A DNA stretch of 64,000 nt from Patescibacteria group bacterium (GCA_048538215.1 JBLYPV010000001.1:397499-461498); one strand, 5' to 3'; positions 34,709 through 45,165 are shown, numbered from the stretch's first letter. Numbers and translations: made by a program. The notes: generated by a model not told the origin, from the letters alone.

Positions 34709-35866
34709 CTACGAGTGATGGGTATGACTGTGTGGCGCTGATGTATCACCTTGCGGAGGATACTTGCGATAAAAAATTACTGCCAATACTGTCACAATGG
34801 GCACGGTAAGGACCAACCCAAAGGAGCCAATAATTGATCGTAAAAATTCGATTACAAATAATTCATTAGAAAGATGCATCGCAAGTGGCACTTCTTGTAT
34901 CCCCTGAGTGCTCTGCCTAAGAGGAGCAAAAACTATCAAAAATATAGGGAGTGCTACTGCGGTGTATGCCAAAACAAGAGTATTGACCAATGCGGCAGCG
35001 TGCTCACGCCCAACTTTCATCGCACGCGAAAAGAGCTGCCAAGCGCTTGACTCACGCATATCAATAGCAAATTCACGCACAAGGGCTGCCTGCATTACCG
35101 CCACATCATCTAAGACTCCCAGAATACCAATGATGATTCCTGCTAAAACGAGACGCTTGATGTCTAGTGTTGGCCCATAAAGTAATCCTAAAGTGCTCGC
35201 GTATTCCGACCCAGTGCCAGAAATGTCTCCAACAGTAAAGCTTATCAAAGCAAAACCAAGCGTAATCATAATTGCCAAGATACTTCCTATATAAGAGACG
35301 AGTGAGATAATACTTAGACCGTGAGTGATAAATATAGCAAAGCCGAGAATAAGCGCACTGATACCAACTCCGACATACAGTGGATCATACCCCGCCTGAA
35401 GAGCGGGAAGTAATATAAAGTATACTGATGCAATTGATACTACGAGAGCAATAAGTGAACGCAAGCCCTTTTTGCCTGCTACTCCTAAATATAGAATGAC
35501 AAAAATGATAAATACGAACCACATAGTACCCAGCCGGTCTACTTCTTTGATAAAGTAATCGTAAGTATTGGTCTCTGGATTGTAAGCAGGAGAAAAATAA
35601 ACCTTGTCACCAATCTCTAGCGGTGTGTAATCATTGTATACATCTCGTTTGAAACTCCCGTCGGGAAGCTTGATTTCTAATATTTGTATCTCCACTTCCC
35701 TCCCCTGAAAAATGGAATACTCGGTATCAATAATGCTACTGACTTGGCCATACAAGTAGTGCTCTTGCTCGTTTGGTTGAGCGCTAAGTGCCCAAAGGGG
35801 AAGTATGGCGGAAGACAAGAGGAGTAGGGCGAATAATTTTTTCATAATCTTGATTATAGCACTCAC
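34709..35866 (-). CDS. YibE/F-family membrane protein
   Basis: Signal peptide plus soluble N-domain, then about 7 TM helices with the GILGVLDDVAV motif typical of YibE/F. Confidence 0.6.
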   Translation of the reverse strand: MSAIIKIMKKLFALLLLSSAILPLWALSAQPNEQEHYLYGQVSSIIDTEYSIFQGREVEIQILEIKLPDGSFKRDVYNDYTPLEIGDKVYFSPAYNPETNTYDYFIKEVDRLGTMWFVFIIFVILYLGVAGKKGLRSLIALVVSIASVYFILLPALQAGYDPLYVGVGISALILGFAIFITHGLSIISLVSYIGSILAIMITLGFALISFTVGDISGTGSEYASTLGLLYGPTLDIKRLVLAGIIIGILGVLDDVAVMQAALVREFAIDMRESSAWQLFSRAMKVGREHAAALVNTLVLAYTAVALPIFLIVFAPLRQSTQGIQEVPLAMHLSNELFVIEFLRSIIGSFGLVLTVPIVTVLAVIFYRKYPPQGDTSAPHSHTHHS

Positions 35867-35886
35867 AATAATCTGGCTAGGCCCTC

Positions 35887-36690
35887 TTATATATCAGAGT
35901 GCTGACTGTTGTGCTCGTGATTGTCTTCTCCCTCATTAAAATGCGAATGTTCGAAAAGCTGATTGATCCCTGCGATAAGCACCATGCCGATACTAATCAT
36001 GGCTAGATGTGTGATTATGCTTTTCTTTGAAAGATGGTGATGATGTGGAAGTAAATCATGCAGTACAATATTGATAAAAAAGCCGGCTGAAAGTGCTAAG
36101 AGTAATCCTTGTAGGTAGGTCGTCTGTGTGAAGAATAGACCTAAGACAACTCCTATCAAAATAGTGCTCGAAACAGCAAAATTGTATAAGAGCGCCTTGG
36201 TGGTAGAATATCCAGCTTGCCGAAGTATAAAAAATTCTGATAATTCTTGTAGAAGCTCATGAGTAGCTATAGAGATAAACACACCAAATCCCACCCAGGG
36301 TGAGGCAAGAAAAGCAGGCACCAAGACAAGCCCATCGGCAACATTATGAATTCCATCTGCTATCAGAATTCTTTTACCACTTGAGTGGGTGACCTCACAT
36401 TCGCTATCATGATGATGGTGAAATTGTGGCCATACTTGCTTGATGGCCTGTACTAAAGTGTAGCCAATCAATACAAGTGCCATGGCGATGAGGAGTGATC
36501 CGAGCAAATCAATACTCTCAACAATAAGGTATACGGCACTCAATAGTAATACGCCTGCAGCAAATGATACTAAGTATGGTAGATTAGCATAAATTCTGCG
36601 ACCAATAGTGGCTTGTATGCTAATTACGCCAACAAGAGAGAGGAGCATAATGGAGAATGCGGCAAGAAAGATAAGGGAGATGGTGTCCAT
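35887..36690 (-). CDS. ZIP-family divalent metal (zinc) transporter
   Basis: His-rich loop (QFHHHHDSECEVTH), conserved HNVADGL and ATHELLQE helices. Confidence 0.8.
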   Translation of the reverse strand: MDTISLIFLAAFSIMLLSLVGVISIQATIGRRIYANLPYLVSFAAGVLLLSAVYLIVESIDLLGSLLIAMALVLIGYTLVQAIKQVWPQFHHHHDSECEVTHSSGKRILIADGIHNVADGLVLVPAFLASPWVGFGVFISIATHELLQELSEFFILRQAGYSTTKALLYNFAVSSTILIGVVLGLFFTQTTYLQGLLLALSAGFFINIVLHDLLPHHHHLSKKSIITHLAMISIGMVLIAGINQLFEHSHFNEGEDNHEHNSQHSDI

Positions 36691-36911
36691 ATATTCTTAA
36701 TATAATTACATATTATAATAATTTTGTGATTGTAGCAGTCATAGTATAGGATGCAAATCATTTCTAAATTAGAACTTGTATTTCTAGATTTAGAAAAAAT
36801 AATACCTAGTATCATACGCGAGAGTTTGATTTGAAACGTAAGCCAATTTATTATGCATTACTTGTTGCCAGCTATGTTTTTCTTGTTATAATGCCAGGCA
36901 CCATTCTATCT

Positions 36912-36998
36912 GGAGGTGTGGCAGAGAGGTCGAATGCACTGGTCTTGAAAACCAGAGACTGTGAAAACGGTCCGGGGGTTCGAATCCCTCCACCTCCG
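36912..36998 (+). tRNA. tRNA-Ser (anticodon TGA), class II
   Basis: Acceptor GGAGGTG/CACCTCC, anticodon arm CTGGT-CTTGAAA-ACCAG, long variable arm, T-loop TTCGAAT. Confidence 0.8.
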
Positions 36999-37145
36999 CT
37001 CGAAAAATATATTGGATCAAACCATATTTTGTAAGGGTTAAAGAAATTACTCACAAGAGTTACTATTTCCGTTTGACATTTGTTATTAGATAATGCTAAA
37101 TTGTCATCCAAGCTGTACATTAAAGTCAAATCGAAAGGAAAATAA

Positions 37146-37679
37146 ATGAGTATCCTCGACCTGTTCCTGCAGCTGGGGACCCTCAGCCCGCTCCGCTACG
37201 AAGCCGTAAAATGCGGTCATCGTAGCAAGCGTTGTGGCCGGGTCTCAGCATTTAGCTACGACCTGATGACAAAAATGCCCAAGAACGATAAGGGTTCCAT
37301 AGACTACTGCCTCGACTGCATCGGCAAAATGGCGATTCGGTGCGCATGGTGTAACAATCCAATTTTCATCGGTCAGCCAGTTACGCTCTACACACCACCG
37401 AGCGACTTCCAAATTCCTGCGCATGCCATTGTCTACAGCCAGGATCCTTTACGACTCGTCGGATGTCTCGGCTGGGATTGCGCCGACACAGGTGCAGCCC
37501 GAGCAGGCTTCTGGCTACCGGGCGAAAACGGCAAGGGGCGCGTCCAACGTATACAGACCGCCTACGATGCGCTTCTCAAATCAGAAGAACCATCGATAGC
37601 GATCGTCGACGATCTCAGCAATATAAAGGAATCCCCTGATTCGACACTTATTCTGCTCGAAAGCCAGAAAGTGGATTAG
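37146..37679 (+). CDS. GC-rich (about 55 percent) Cys-rich hypothetical protein, likely horizontally acquired
   Basis: Cys clusters CGHRSKRCGRV, CLDCIGKMAIRCAWC and CLGWDC suggest zinc binding. Lies immediately downstream of tRNA-Ser, with strong own terminator and SD. Confidence 0.55.
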   Translation: MSILDLFLQLGTLSPLRYEAVKCGHRSKRCGRVSAFSYDLMTKMPKNDKGSIDYCLDCIGKMAIRCAWCNNPIFIGQPVTLYTPPSDFQIPAHAIVYSQDPLRLVGCLGWDCADTGAARAGFWLPGENGKGRVQRIQTAYDALLKSEEPSIAIVDDLSNIKESPDSTLILLESQKVD

Positions 37680-37706
37680 GCTCCCTTATATTGAAAGCAC
37701 AATCCA

Positions 37707-37745
37707 AGAGGCGGCATCCTCCGATGCCGCCTCTTTTCTTTTTTG
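37707..37745 (+). terminator. rho-independent terminator
   Basis: AGAGGCGGCATC-CTCC-GATGCCGCCTCT followed by TTTCTTTTTTG. Confidence 0.75.
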
Positions 37746-37918
37746 AATCTAAAAAACAATTTTACTATACAACACTCAATCTCTACCCTGTTCGTAAGGG
37801 ATACAATTACATTCAAGCTATTTTAAAAATATTTAGCTATAAAATACATCGCACATCTTTATAATATAAGCAACCTATTTTTCTCACTATTTTAATAATT
37901 TTCTGATACCATATATCT

Positions 37919-38437
37919 ATGACTACACCCACACACTCTAAAAAGAAAAAAGCTGAGAAGCTAAGTAAGGATAAAATTATTGCATGGGAAGCTCCCGAAT
38001 ATCAGTATGTGCAAAAGACCAAAGATTGGTTTTGGGTGGTAGGCTCTATTGGTATTTTTGTATCTATCGGCTCTTTCTGGATGGACAATTGGTCTTTTGC
38101 CATTCTAGTACTTCTTGCCACCATAATACTTATATACTTAGCTATCCGTAAGCCACGCGCTGTGAATATTAAGTTAAATGTAAACAAAAAAATCATTACC
38201 ATCAATAAAGCACCTTACTATCTTTCCAATTATAAAGCTTTTAATATCAGTGAGTATTCTGGCAATCTACTTTTGCAATCAAAAAAGAAATTTGCTGCAC
38301 TTACTATTATTCCTCTACCCGAACAAGCTCCTATTGAGAAAATTACGACCATCCTAGAAGATGATCTCAATTTTGCACAAGACGAAAGCTTACATGAGCC
38401 CCTTCTCGAGGTAATACTGGGTAGATTAGGCTTCTAA
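37919..38437 (+). CDS. hypothetical 2-TM membrane protein
   Basis: Lys-rich N-terminus, two TM helices, soluble C-domain. Confidence 0.5.
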   Translation: MTTPTHSKKKKAEKLSKDKIIAWEAPEYQYVQKTKDWFWVVGSIGIFVSIGSFWMDNWSFAILVLLATIILIYLAIRKPRAVNIKLNVNKKIITINKAPYYLSNYKAFNISEYSGNLLLQSKKKFAALTIIPLPEQAPIEKITTILEDDLNFAQDESLHEPLLEVILGRLGF

Positions 38438-38489
38438 TTCTTGCAAAAGTACCTATGAAAGATATAATGCACGCACTTATTATTAAATT

Positions 38490-38561
38490 GCTCCCGTAGT
38501 TTAATGGATAGAATGAGGCTTTGCGGAAGCTTTGATGCAGGTTCGATTCCTGCCGGGAGCA
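38490..38561 (+). tRNA. tRNA, anticodon read as GCG (Arg); anticodon assignment tentative
   Basis: Acceptor GCTCCCG/CGGGAGC, anticodon arm AGGCT-TTGCGGA-AGCTT, T-arm GCAGG-TTCGATT-CCTGC. Followed by a 12-bp-stem terminator (CTAGTCTACTAG-TAT-CTAGTAGACTAG). Confidence 0.6.
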
Positions 38562-38833
38562 CACACTGGTATTCTAGTCTACTAGTATCTAGTAGACTAG
38601 CTTATTTTATAAATAAAAATTGTGAGAGTAATTAAATCCTAAGGGCCAAAAGGAGCTTTTCTCTGTCAGAAAAGCTTACAATGAGAGATCTCTAAAACGA
38701 TATCTCTCATTGTGCCTAATCGATTTCCCATTCAAAGCACAAAATAAAAAAGCTAAGAGCTTTTTTATTTTGTGCAGAAATTACTAGCTTCCAATCAGAT
38801 AGTCTTACAAGCCATAGCTTTGATATACATATC

Positions 38834-41800
38834 CTAGTTAGAAAGTGCTCCTCGACTATATTTTTTAAACACATCATACACTGGTCGTTTGACAGGCGTA
38901 TTCCCATCCAGTCTATAGAGACTCGAGTCATGTATGGTGATATCTCCGCCCTCTACTAGTTTAAAGTAATAGGCCTCACTGATACCAAGTGCATCTATAG
39001 CTTCCATATATTTAGGTAAGACTTCGACACGGAATTCCTCTGATTGAGGATCAGCCACTGGATGTGGCCCACCAAATTCACTTACCAAAATAGGAACATT
39101 TATTTCACTTTCTGCAAGATCCATATACGCACTCCACTGATCATAATCATCATATAGATGGATATCTGCTTCATCATACTTTGCATTATGTAATACATAG
39201 CCGATCTTGTCTACGATATCCCGATATAATTGTGAATGACATACGGTGTTGTAATCAGCCTTAGTCATATATTCGCCAGTATCCAAAATGAATCTATCCA
39301 CAAGATTACGACAGAATGAGATAACGCGCAGAGAAGCAGTAGTAAATCCTCCAAGCACTACTTCTGTCTGTGGGCTATATTTTTGTACTGCTTCATAAAG
39401 GATATTGTTTGCTACTACAAACTCTTCTGCGCTACCCGCATACCAATACTCTGCCTGCCATTCATTGCCAAATTGTATTTTTTCAATCTTATTTGGATAA
39501 CGCTTGAGAATATTCTCTACATATCGCTTGAATGCAGGAAGGTCCTTATACACACAAGACACCTCGCTTCGTGTATTACTACACGCCCAATCTGGCCCAT
39601 TTGATTCAATCGTAAGGAGTATATCAATATCATTTTTTTCTGCCCAATCAATCCGCTCATCCAAAGAGCTCCACTTGTAATCATTCTTTGATGGCTCTCT
39701 GAATTTCCAGTGTTCTGCAAATCTGATAAGAGAGATGCCAAGATCATCTAAAGCTTCTTCGGTAAAATCCATTTGGGATTTATCACCCACGGGAGGAAAT
39801 GACATACCCAATCTAACATTCATTTCAATACTTTCCTCCTCTTCACCTTCAGTATCTTCAGTATTTTCGGTATTTTCAGCAGAAAGTGCTCCATACTGCT
39901 TAAACACATCATAAGCCAAACGCTTGTGTGGCTCACCACCAGATTCATAAGCATACAAGCCAGTATCATAGCCAGAGCTTGTAATAGTATCTGCTCCTAT
40001 CAATTTATAGTAGTAGGCCTGATCTATATCAAGCTCATTAAGTGCCTCTATATACCTATGTATCATCAAGGCATGGAATTCTTCTGTTTTTGGATCAGCC
40101 ACTGGATGGGGCCCACCAAATTCACTGATAATAATTGGCTTGTTCGTCATTCGTGTTGCCATTTCAAAATAATCCGCCCATTGCTCTGGATCATCATAGA
40201 GATGAAGATCAAGCTCATCATATAGTGCATTATCTACCACATACGAAATTCTGTCTTGCAGATTGCGATACTCTTGAGAGGCACAAATAGAAGATCGCTT
40301 ATCTTTAGTAACATACTCACCTGAATTCAAGATAAAGCCATCCACTAAATTATTGCAAAATGAAGTATACCGTATTGAAGCTGAAGTGAATCCTCCCAAG
40401 ACCACCTTTGTCTGTGGGCTGTATTTTTGCACTGCTTCATAAAGGATATTATTTGCTACTACAAAATCTTGAGCATCACCCGCATACCAGAATCTAGCCT
40501 GCCATTCATTGCCAAATTGTATTTTTTCAATTTTATTTGGATAGCGTGCAAGAAGAGTTTCAATATATACCTTAAAATCATTAGGGTTACTAAATACACA
40601 AGATTGATTATTTTTCTCATTACTACAGGCCCAATCTGGCCCATTTGATTGAATAGTAAGAAGCAAATCAATGTTATTTTCTTCTGTCCAATTAATATGA
40701 TCATCCAAATAGCTCCAATTGAATTGACCCTCGCGAGGCTGGCTGTACTTCCAATCTTCTGCAAATCTCAATAAAGAAATATTCAAGTCATCAAGGGCTT
40801 CTTTGGTAAATGCTCGTTTCTCTTCATCATTTATTGGCGCAAAAGATATACCTAATTCAAAATTAATCTCTAGCTCATCTTCTTCATCAGCATCTTCATC
40901 AATATCTATTCCATTATCTGCCTTCTCTAAGAGAGATGCGAGGGTTCTCTTATTACCATCGAATCCACGATTTCCCAAACCATCTACCACTGATCGGTGC
41001 TTATCCAGTGCTCCTCTATTGACGGCAATTGATCGGCCATCCTTCAAAGTAATAATATAGTGATAAACACAGGCATCTATTGCACAATTTCCATCGACGC
41101 TTACATCGATAGTGAGGATGTCTCCAGTATCCCAGCTACTTGTAATACTAGGAGGAGTTTGGGGATTGCTTGGATTAAATGGAGTGGTTGGAGCTGTCCA
41201 ATCATTATAATCGGTAATACTAAAACTTTTTTTCTTCCACTTATTATCACTCCCGCAAACAAAGTATCCGCCTGGATTGGTATATCGTGTGCCCTTGGCG
41301 TCTATCACTACAGTAGCGAGCGCTCCTGATGAATAGTAATATCCTTTGCTATAGCAACCACTAGGAAGACTTGTTGGCAATTGATCGTTTGTTGGAGTAG
41401 TCGTATCCAGTACATTTTCTTGAGTACTCGTGGCCACTTCTTCCCATGTTCCATTATCGGCACATATAAAATAGCCATCGCTCGCGGTTTGCCGATTAAG
41501 AGAGCGATCGGTAATCGTGTCTAGCCGTGCACCTGTAGAGTAATAGTACCCACCACTATAGCACCCATCCATTTGGGAAATGTTTCTAGGGTTTGTAAGG
41601 TTGCCTCCTGCTCCGGAGGAATTATTATGTATCGTATTGAGCATGAGCCAATTTGCAGCACTCCACCCCTTGGTGCCATTCTCGTACTGTAATAGCCACC
41701 AGGTATAGCCTTCTGCTGTGCGTGGTCCGCTTACTACCTGTGCCCCTTCGCCTGCCTTCGCTACCGAAATCCGTGCTTGAGCTGGGAAAACGCGGACTGA

Positions 41801-42109
41801 AAGCGCATCAGTGGTACGCACCTGTGCTCCAATACCGATTTGTCCTGGTGAGGTGCTTGTATCTATTTCTGGAATATCACTTCTATTATTTTCAGAGGGT
41901 GAGCTTTCTTGTGAGCTTGGAAGTGGTGTATTACTCTGTGCTTCCTTAATTTGAATCAATAAACGATTAATAATATCGAGTAGATTACTAGAATTTGATT
42001 GCGCGTGGACTGTCCCAGCTGTAAATATAGCTAGCATAAACACGAGCGCTAAGCCCGACACAAACAATGAGCGACACCTCTTTGAGGCATATGAGTGATG
42101 TATATTCAT
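38834..42109 (-). CDS. large secreted protein: SH3b-like + Cys repeats + two tandem clan GH-A (GH5-like) TIM-barrel glycoside hydrolase domains
   Basis: Signal peptide. Each catalytic module has the GH-A acid/base motif IQFGNEWQ and nucleophile motif I(I/L)VSEFGG. The modules are separated by acidic linkers and are about 348 aa apart, a recent tandem duplication visible at DNA level. Confidence 0.75.
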   Translation of the reverse strand: MNIHHSYASKRCRSLFVSGLALVFMLAIFTAGTVHAQSNSSNLLDIINRLLIQIKEAQSNTPLPSSQESSPSENNRSDIPEIDTSTSPGQIGIGAQVRTTDALSVRVFPAQARISVAKAGEGAQVVSGPRTAEGYTWWLLQYENGTKGWSAANWLMLNTIHNNSSGAGGNLTNPRNISQMDGCYSGGYYYSTGARLDTITDRSLNRQTASDGYFICADNGTWEEVATSTQENVLDTTTPTNDQLPTSLPSGCYSKGYYYSSGALATVVIDAKGTRYTNPGGYFVCGSDNKWKKKSFSITDYNDWTAPTTPFNPSNPQTPPSITSSWDTGDILTIDVSVDGNCAIDACVYHYIITLKDGRSIAVNRGALDKHRSVVDGLGNRGFDGNKRTLASLLEKADNGIDIDEDADEEDELEINFELGISFAPINDEEKRAFTKEALDDLNISLLRFAEDWKYSQPREGQFNWSYLDDHINWTEENNIDLLLTIQSNGPDWACSNEKNNQSCVFSNPNDFKVYIETLLARYPNKIEKIQFGNEWQARFWYAGDAQDFVVANNILYEAVQKYSPQTKVVLGGFTSASIRYTSFCNNLVDGFILNSGEYVTKDKRSSICASQEYRNLQDRISYVVDNALYDELDLHLYDDPEQWADYFEMATRMTNKPIIISEFGGPHPVADPKTEEFHALMIHRYIEALNELDIDQAYYYKLIGADTITSSGYDTGLYAYESGGEPHKRLAYDVFKQYGALSAENTENTEDTEGEEEESIEMNVRLGMSFPPVGDKSQMDFTEEALDDLGISLIRFAEHWKFREPSKNDYKWSSLDERIDWAEKNDIDILLTIESNGPDWACSNTRSEVSCVYKDLPAFKRYVENILKRYPNKIEKIQFGNEWQAEYWYAGSAEEFVVANNILYEAVQKYSPQTEVVLGGFTTASLRVISFCRNLVDRFILDTGEYMTKADYNTVCHSQLYRDIVDKIGYVLHNAKYDEADIHLYDDYDQWSAYMDLAESEINVPILVSEFGGPHPVADPQSEEFRVEVLPKYMEAIDALGISEAYYFKLVEGGDITIHDSSLYRLDGNTPVKRPVYDVFKKYSRGALSN

Positions 42110-42343
42110 AAGTAATTAATTATACGATGCATGTTAAGAATACTTAAACAAAAAGCCATCCAACATTCTCCTATATGATTTTATTTATAACATACAATAA
42201 AGAAATTGCCATTTGAAATATAAAATAATTTAAATAACCAAGCTCCTTGTCACCAAAATATTTTGTTATCTACATCATGACAATTTCTTATTTTTTTAAA
42301 TATTTAAAAAACGAATAGTGGGACTACTCGATTATTACCTTAT

Positions 42344-42919
42344 TTACTTTGAAAGTAATTTGATAGCTTTGCGTACCTTTCCAGATGTATCAAGACCTTC
42401 CAAGCTACTATCTTTGAGAATCTCTTGAATATCGCGTGATCTATACCCAAGTGCTTCTAAAGCCTCAAATACCTCCAGGTCTTCATTATCAGTGTCTCGT
42501 GCTCCTGCCTCCTTCCAGCTTTCGTCTATTTTATTTTCAAGCTCAAGAATTATTTTCTCAGCATTTTTCTTACCAATACCCGACACCTTGGTAAGCACAC
42601 TACTCTCTTTTTTAAGTACCGCTTGAATCAAATTTTCTACTGTCGTGGCATTGAGAATACCGAGGGCTACTTTTGGCCCAATCCCAGAGATGGTAATAAG
42701 GAGCTCGAAAAGCTCCTGCTCTCGTAGAGTACTAAAGCCATATAAATCAAGTGCTTGCTCTCGGACAATGGTATGGATATAAAGGCTCGTATCCATCCCA
42801 ACAAGGCAAATTTCTAGGGTGCGTTCTGTAGCGTACACCACATAGCCCACCCCTCCCACATTAATAATAGTGCGTTTATCACTTGTATCCAATACCGTAC
42901 CAGTAAGATAGCCAATCAT
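42344..42919 (-). CDS. ruvA: Holliday junction DNA helicase subunit RuvA
   Basis: MIGYLTGTV...GGVGYVVYA OB-domain start, HhH motifs (ISGIGPKVAL), C-terminal domain III. Confidence 0.85.
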   Translation of the reverse strand: MIGYLTGTVLDTSDKRTIINVGGVGYVVYATERTLEICLVGMDTSLYIHTIVREQALDLYGFSTLREQELFELLITISGIGPKVALGILNATTVENLIQAVLKKESSVLTKVSGIGKKNAEKIILELENKIDESWKEAGARDTDNEDLEVFEALEALGYRSRDIQEILKDSSLEGLDTSGKVRKAIKLLSK

Positions 42920-42947
42920 AGATATAATACATAATAGCACATCCTGC

Positions 42948-43742
42948 CTACCTCTTGCCCTCAAAAATATCTAATACATCTTTGGCTGATTGCTCACCTA
43001 CAAATGATTCGAATAAATCCAAATTATCAAGCCGACGAAGCATTACAGCCGTAGCAAGCACGGTAGTCACAAAAGCCGATTTGAGGATAGATTCAAGAAT
43101 CAATCCATAAGAAGATACTGACGCAATGGCGATTACCAAAATTAAACAAAGAAAATAAATTACAAACCAAAGAAATTCTTGTATCCGCTCCCCATGTAAT
43201 GCTACGATATTTTTTCGATTCTGTTGCATCCCCGCTAAAATACGGCGTATGCTATCTGCCGAGATGCGCTCATTCGAAGAAAAATCCCGATCGACCGAGG
43301 CTTCACTAAGCAATGCATAGCTCCGTTTGAGGGTGGTAGACTTGTGAGTAATGTTCCAATCCCACGCACGATTCTCAATAATAGGATAGTAATGTTCTCG
43401 TGCAATTTGCTCAAAGCGGTCTTGATACTCCTTGCCAAAAGTACTAAATTCACGATACATCGCTGTAATGCCCCCATCAAATCCAGTAAGCTCGCGTGTA
43501 ATCTCACGATAGCGATTATTCTGCCGTTGAATAGAGAAGCCAACAAGGGTTGCAAACAAAAAAATCACCATTTGCAAATAGAGATTATCCAATGGTACTG
43601 AGAGCTTTAAATTAGGAAGTGCATAAAAAGCCAGGGCACTAGCGACAAAAAAAGAGACGACATATACAATAATGATGTGATTTTTCTCATACCGTTTGCG
43701 TTTGGTGTGAGCAAAGACCTCATCTATTGCTTTTTGCTTCAT
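42948..43742 (-). CDS. hypothetical polytopic membrane protein
   Basis: Start moved to the internal ATG so as not to overlap divergent rpsT. Confidence 0.45.
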   Translation of the reverse strand: MKQKAIDEVFAHTKRKRYEKNHIIIVYVVSFFVASALAFYALPNLKLSVPLDNLYLQMVIFLFATLVGFSIQRQNNRYREITRELTGFDGGITAMYREFSTFGKEYQDRFEQIAREHYYPIIENRAWDWNITHKSTTLKRSYALLSEASVDRDFSSNERISADSIRRILAGMQQNRKNIVALHGERIQEFLWFVIYFLCLILVIAIASVSSYGLILESILKSAFVTTVLATAVMLRRLDNLDLFESFVGEQSAKDVLDIFEGKR

Positions 43743-43764
43743 ATCGTGTATTATACCCGTCACT

Positions 43765-44034
43765 ATGGCTATTACCAAATCAGCAAAAAAGCGCATTAAG
43801 AGTAATGCAAAGAAGCGGGTTTTTAATCTACGCCGATTGCGTACCATGCGTGATCAAATTAAAAGCTTTAGCAAATCAGTACAATCAGGCGATACTGATG
43901 ATGCTCACAAGCAAGTAGCTCATCTCTACAAATCAATTGATAAAGCAGCTAAACGAGGAGTAATCAAGCAAAATACTGCAAATCGTAAAAAATCTCGCTT
44001 GAGCAAAATGCTTCATAAAAAAGAAAGTGCTTAA
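43765..44034 (+). CDS. rpsT: 30S ribosomal protein S20
   Basis: MAITKSAKKRIKSN..KR..N......R..IK ... NRKKSRLSKM is canonical S20. Confidence 0.9.
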   Translation: MAITKSAKKRIKSNAKKRVFNLRRLRTMRDQIKSFSKSVQSGDTDDAHKQVAHLYKSIDKAAKRGVIKQNTANRKKSRLSKMLHKKESA

Positions 44035-44036
44035 AT

Positions 44037-44080
44037 GCACACACAAAAAGCGCGAGCCGAGGCTCGCGCTTTTTGTGTGC
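44037..44080. terminator. bidirectional rho-independent terminator
   Basis: GCACACACAAAAAGCGCGAGCC-GAG-GCTCGCGCTTTTTGTGTGC. Confidence 0.7.
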
Positions 44081-44100
44081 ATCCAACAAGAATATTCGTT

Positions 44101-45144
44101 CTATTTTTCTATTTTATTAGCATAATACCCTTCTAGCTTTCCAATAGCTTCACGCGAGCTATACCCGTAGGAAAAATCCAGGTCTCGACTAATCTTACTC
44201 CCATCTACCACTATTGGATAAGCCATAAATCGCCACACTCCAGGCGCAGTAGCAATTTTCCCCCGCGTACCGTGCCACAGTACAAAGAATCCAAAGCGAG
44301 CAATCCACGCAGGCACAAAAATAGCTCGTTTCTTCATTAATTCTGCCATCATATAGCCATCAATAACATCATTTGGAGAAACAATATAAGAAGAAATCCC
44401 CTGATGTATTTTTTCGCTTGTAAGTCCACATTCTACAGCCTTAAAAATATCGTCTTCATGCACAAATTGTCGCCTCCAGTGTCCGATCACTGGCATAAAG
44501 GACAATAGCTTTTGTATCGGGCGAGGAATTGCTTTTTTATTGGCATCAGCGGAGAGAGCAGAGGCGAGTGAAAACTTACTCATCTGCACTCTTCCTCGTG
44601 GGCCGGTGACGGTAGAAGGCTTAATCATCAGTACTGGTATCTTTGCACTATGTATTTCATATAAATGATCCAAGAGTTTGTCTCCTTCATATTTATCATC
44701 AGCATAAGAATATCCTGTCATCCGAGTTGGTGATGATTCATCAAAAGGTAGATCAATCCGATTTTCCGGGCGAGCGCCATATTGAGAAATTGATGAAAAG
44801 TATACCAAGCGTTCTACCGATGGAGTAGTAAATGCATAGCTAAAGACTCGTCGAGATCCCTCTAGGTTCCACATGCGCACTGTCTCTCGTCCACCATACC
44901 AATCCCTAATTTGCCAAGCAGTATGCACAATATGGCTAATATTCACGCCCGATGGGATCTTTTCTTCCCAATTATCTGTTGCCAAATTAGCTTGTATCCA
45001 AGTAATTTTTTTGTGTTGAGAAAGATGGACTGGCCAAGGATCTTTATCTATACAAATGATGCGCTCTACCTCGCCACGCTCAGCAATACGCTCTGCAAGC
45101 ATTCCTCCAATATAGCCCGCACCTCCAGTAATAAGTATCTGCAT
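44101..45144 (-). CDS. NAD-dependent sugar epimerase/dehydratase (extended SDR)
   Basis: ILITGGAGYIG Rossmann motif, YxxxK catalytic pair. Confidence 0.85.
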   Translation of the reverse strand: MQILITGGAGYIGGMLAERIAERGEVERIICIDKDPWPVHLSQHKKITWIQANLATDNWEEKIPSGVNISHIVHTAWQIRDWYGGRETVRMWNLEGSRRVFSYAFTTPSVERLVYFSSISQYGARPENRIDLPFDESSPTRMTGYSYADDKYEGDKLLDHLYEIHSAKIPVLMIKPSTVTGPRGRVQMSKFSLASALSADANKKAIPRPIQKLLSFMPVIGHWRRQFVHEDDIFKAVECGLTSEKIHQGISSYIVSPNDVIDGYMMAELMKKRAIFVPAWIARFGFFVLWHGTRGKIATAPGVWRFMAYPIVVDGSKISRDLDFSYGYSSREAIGKLEGYYANKIEK

Positions 45145-45165
45145 AATTCTAGTATATCAAAGCTC

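Noticed and set aside
36831-37129. ORFs 36831-37034 (+) and 36872-37129 (-)
   Set aside because: Both run straight through tRNA-Ser(TGA) at 36912-36998.
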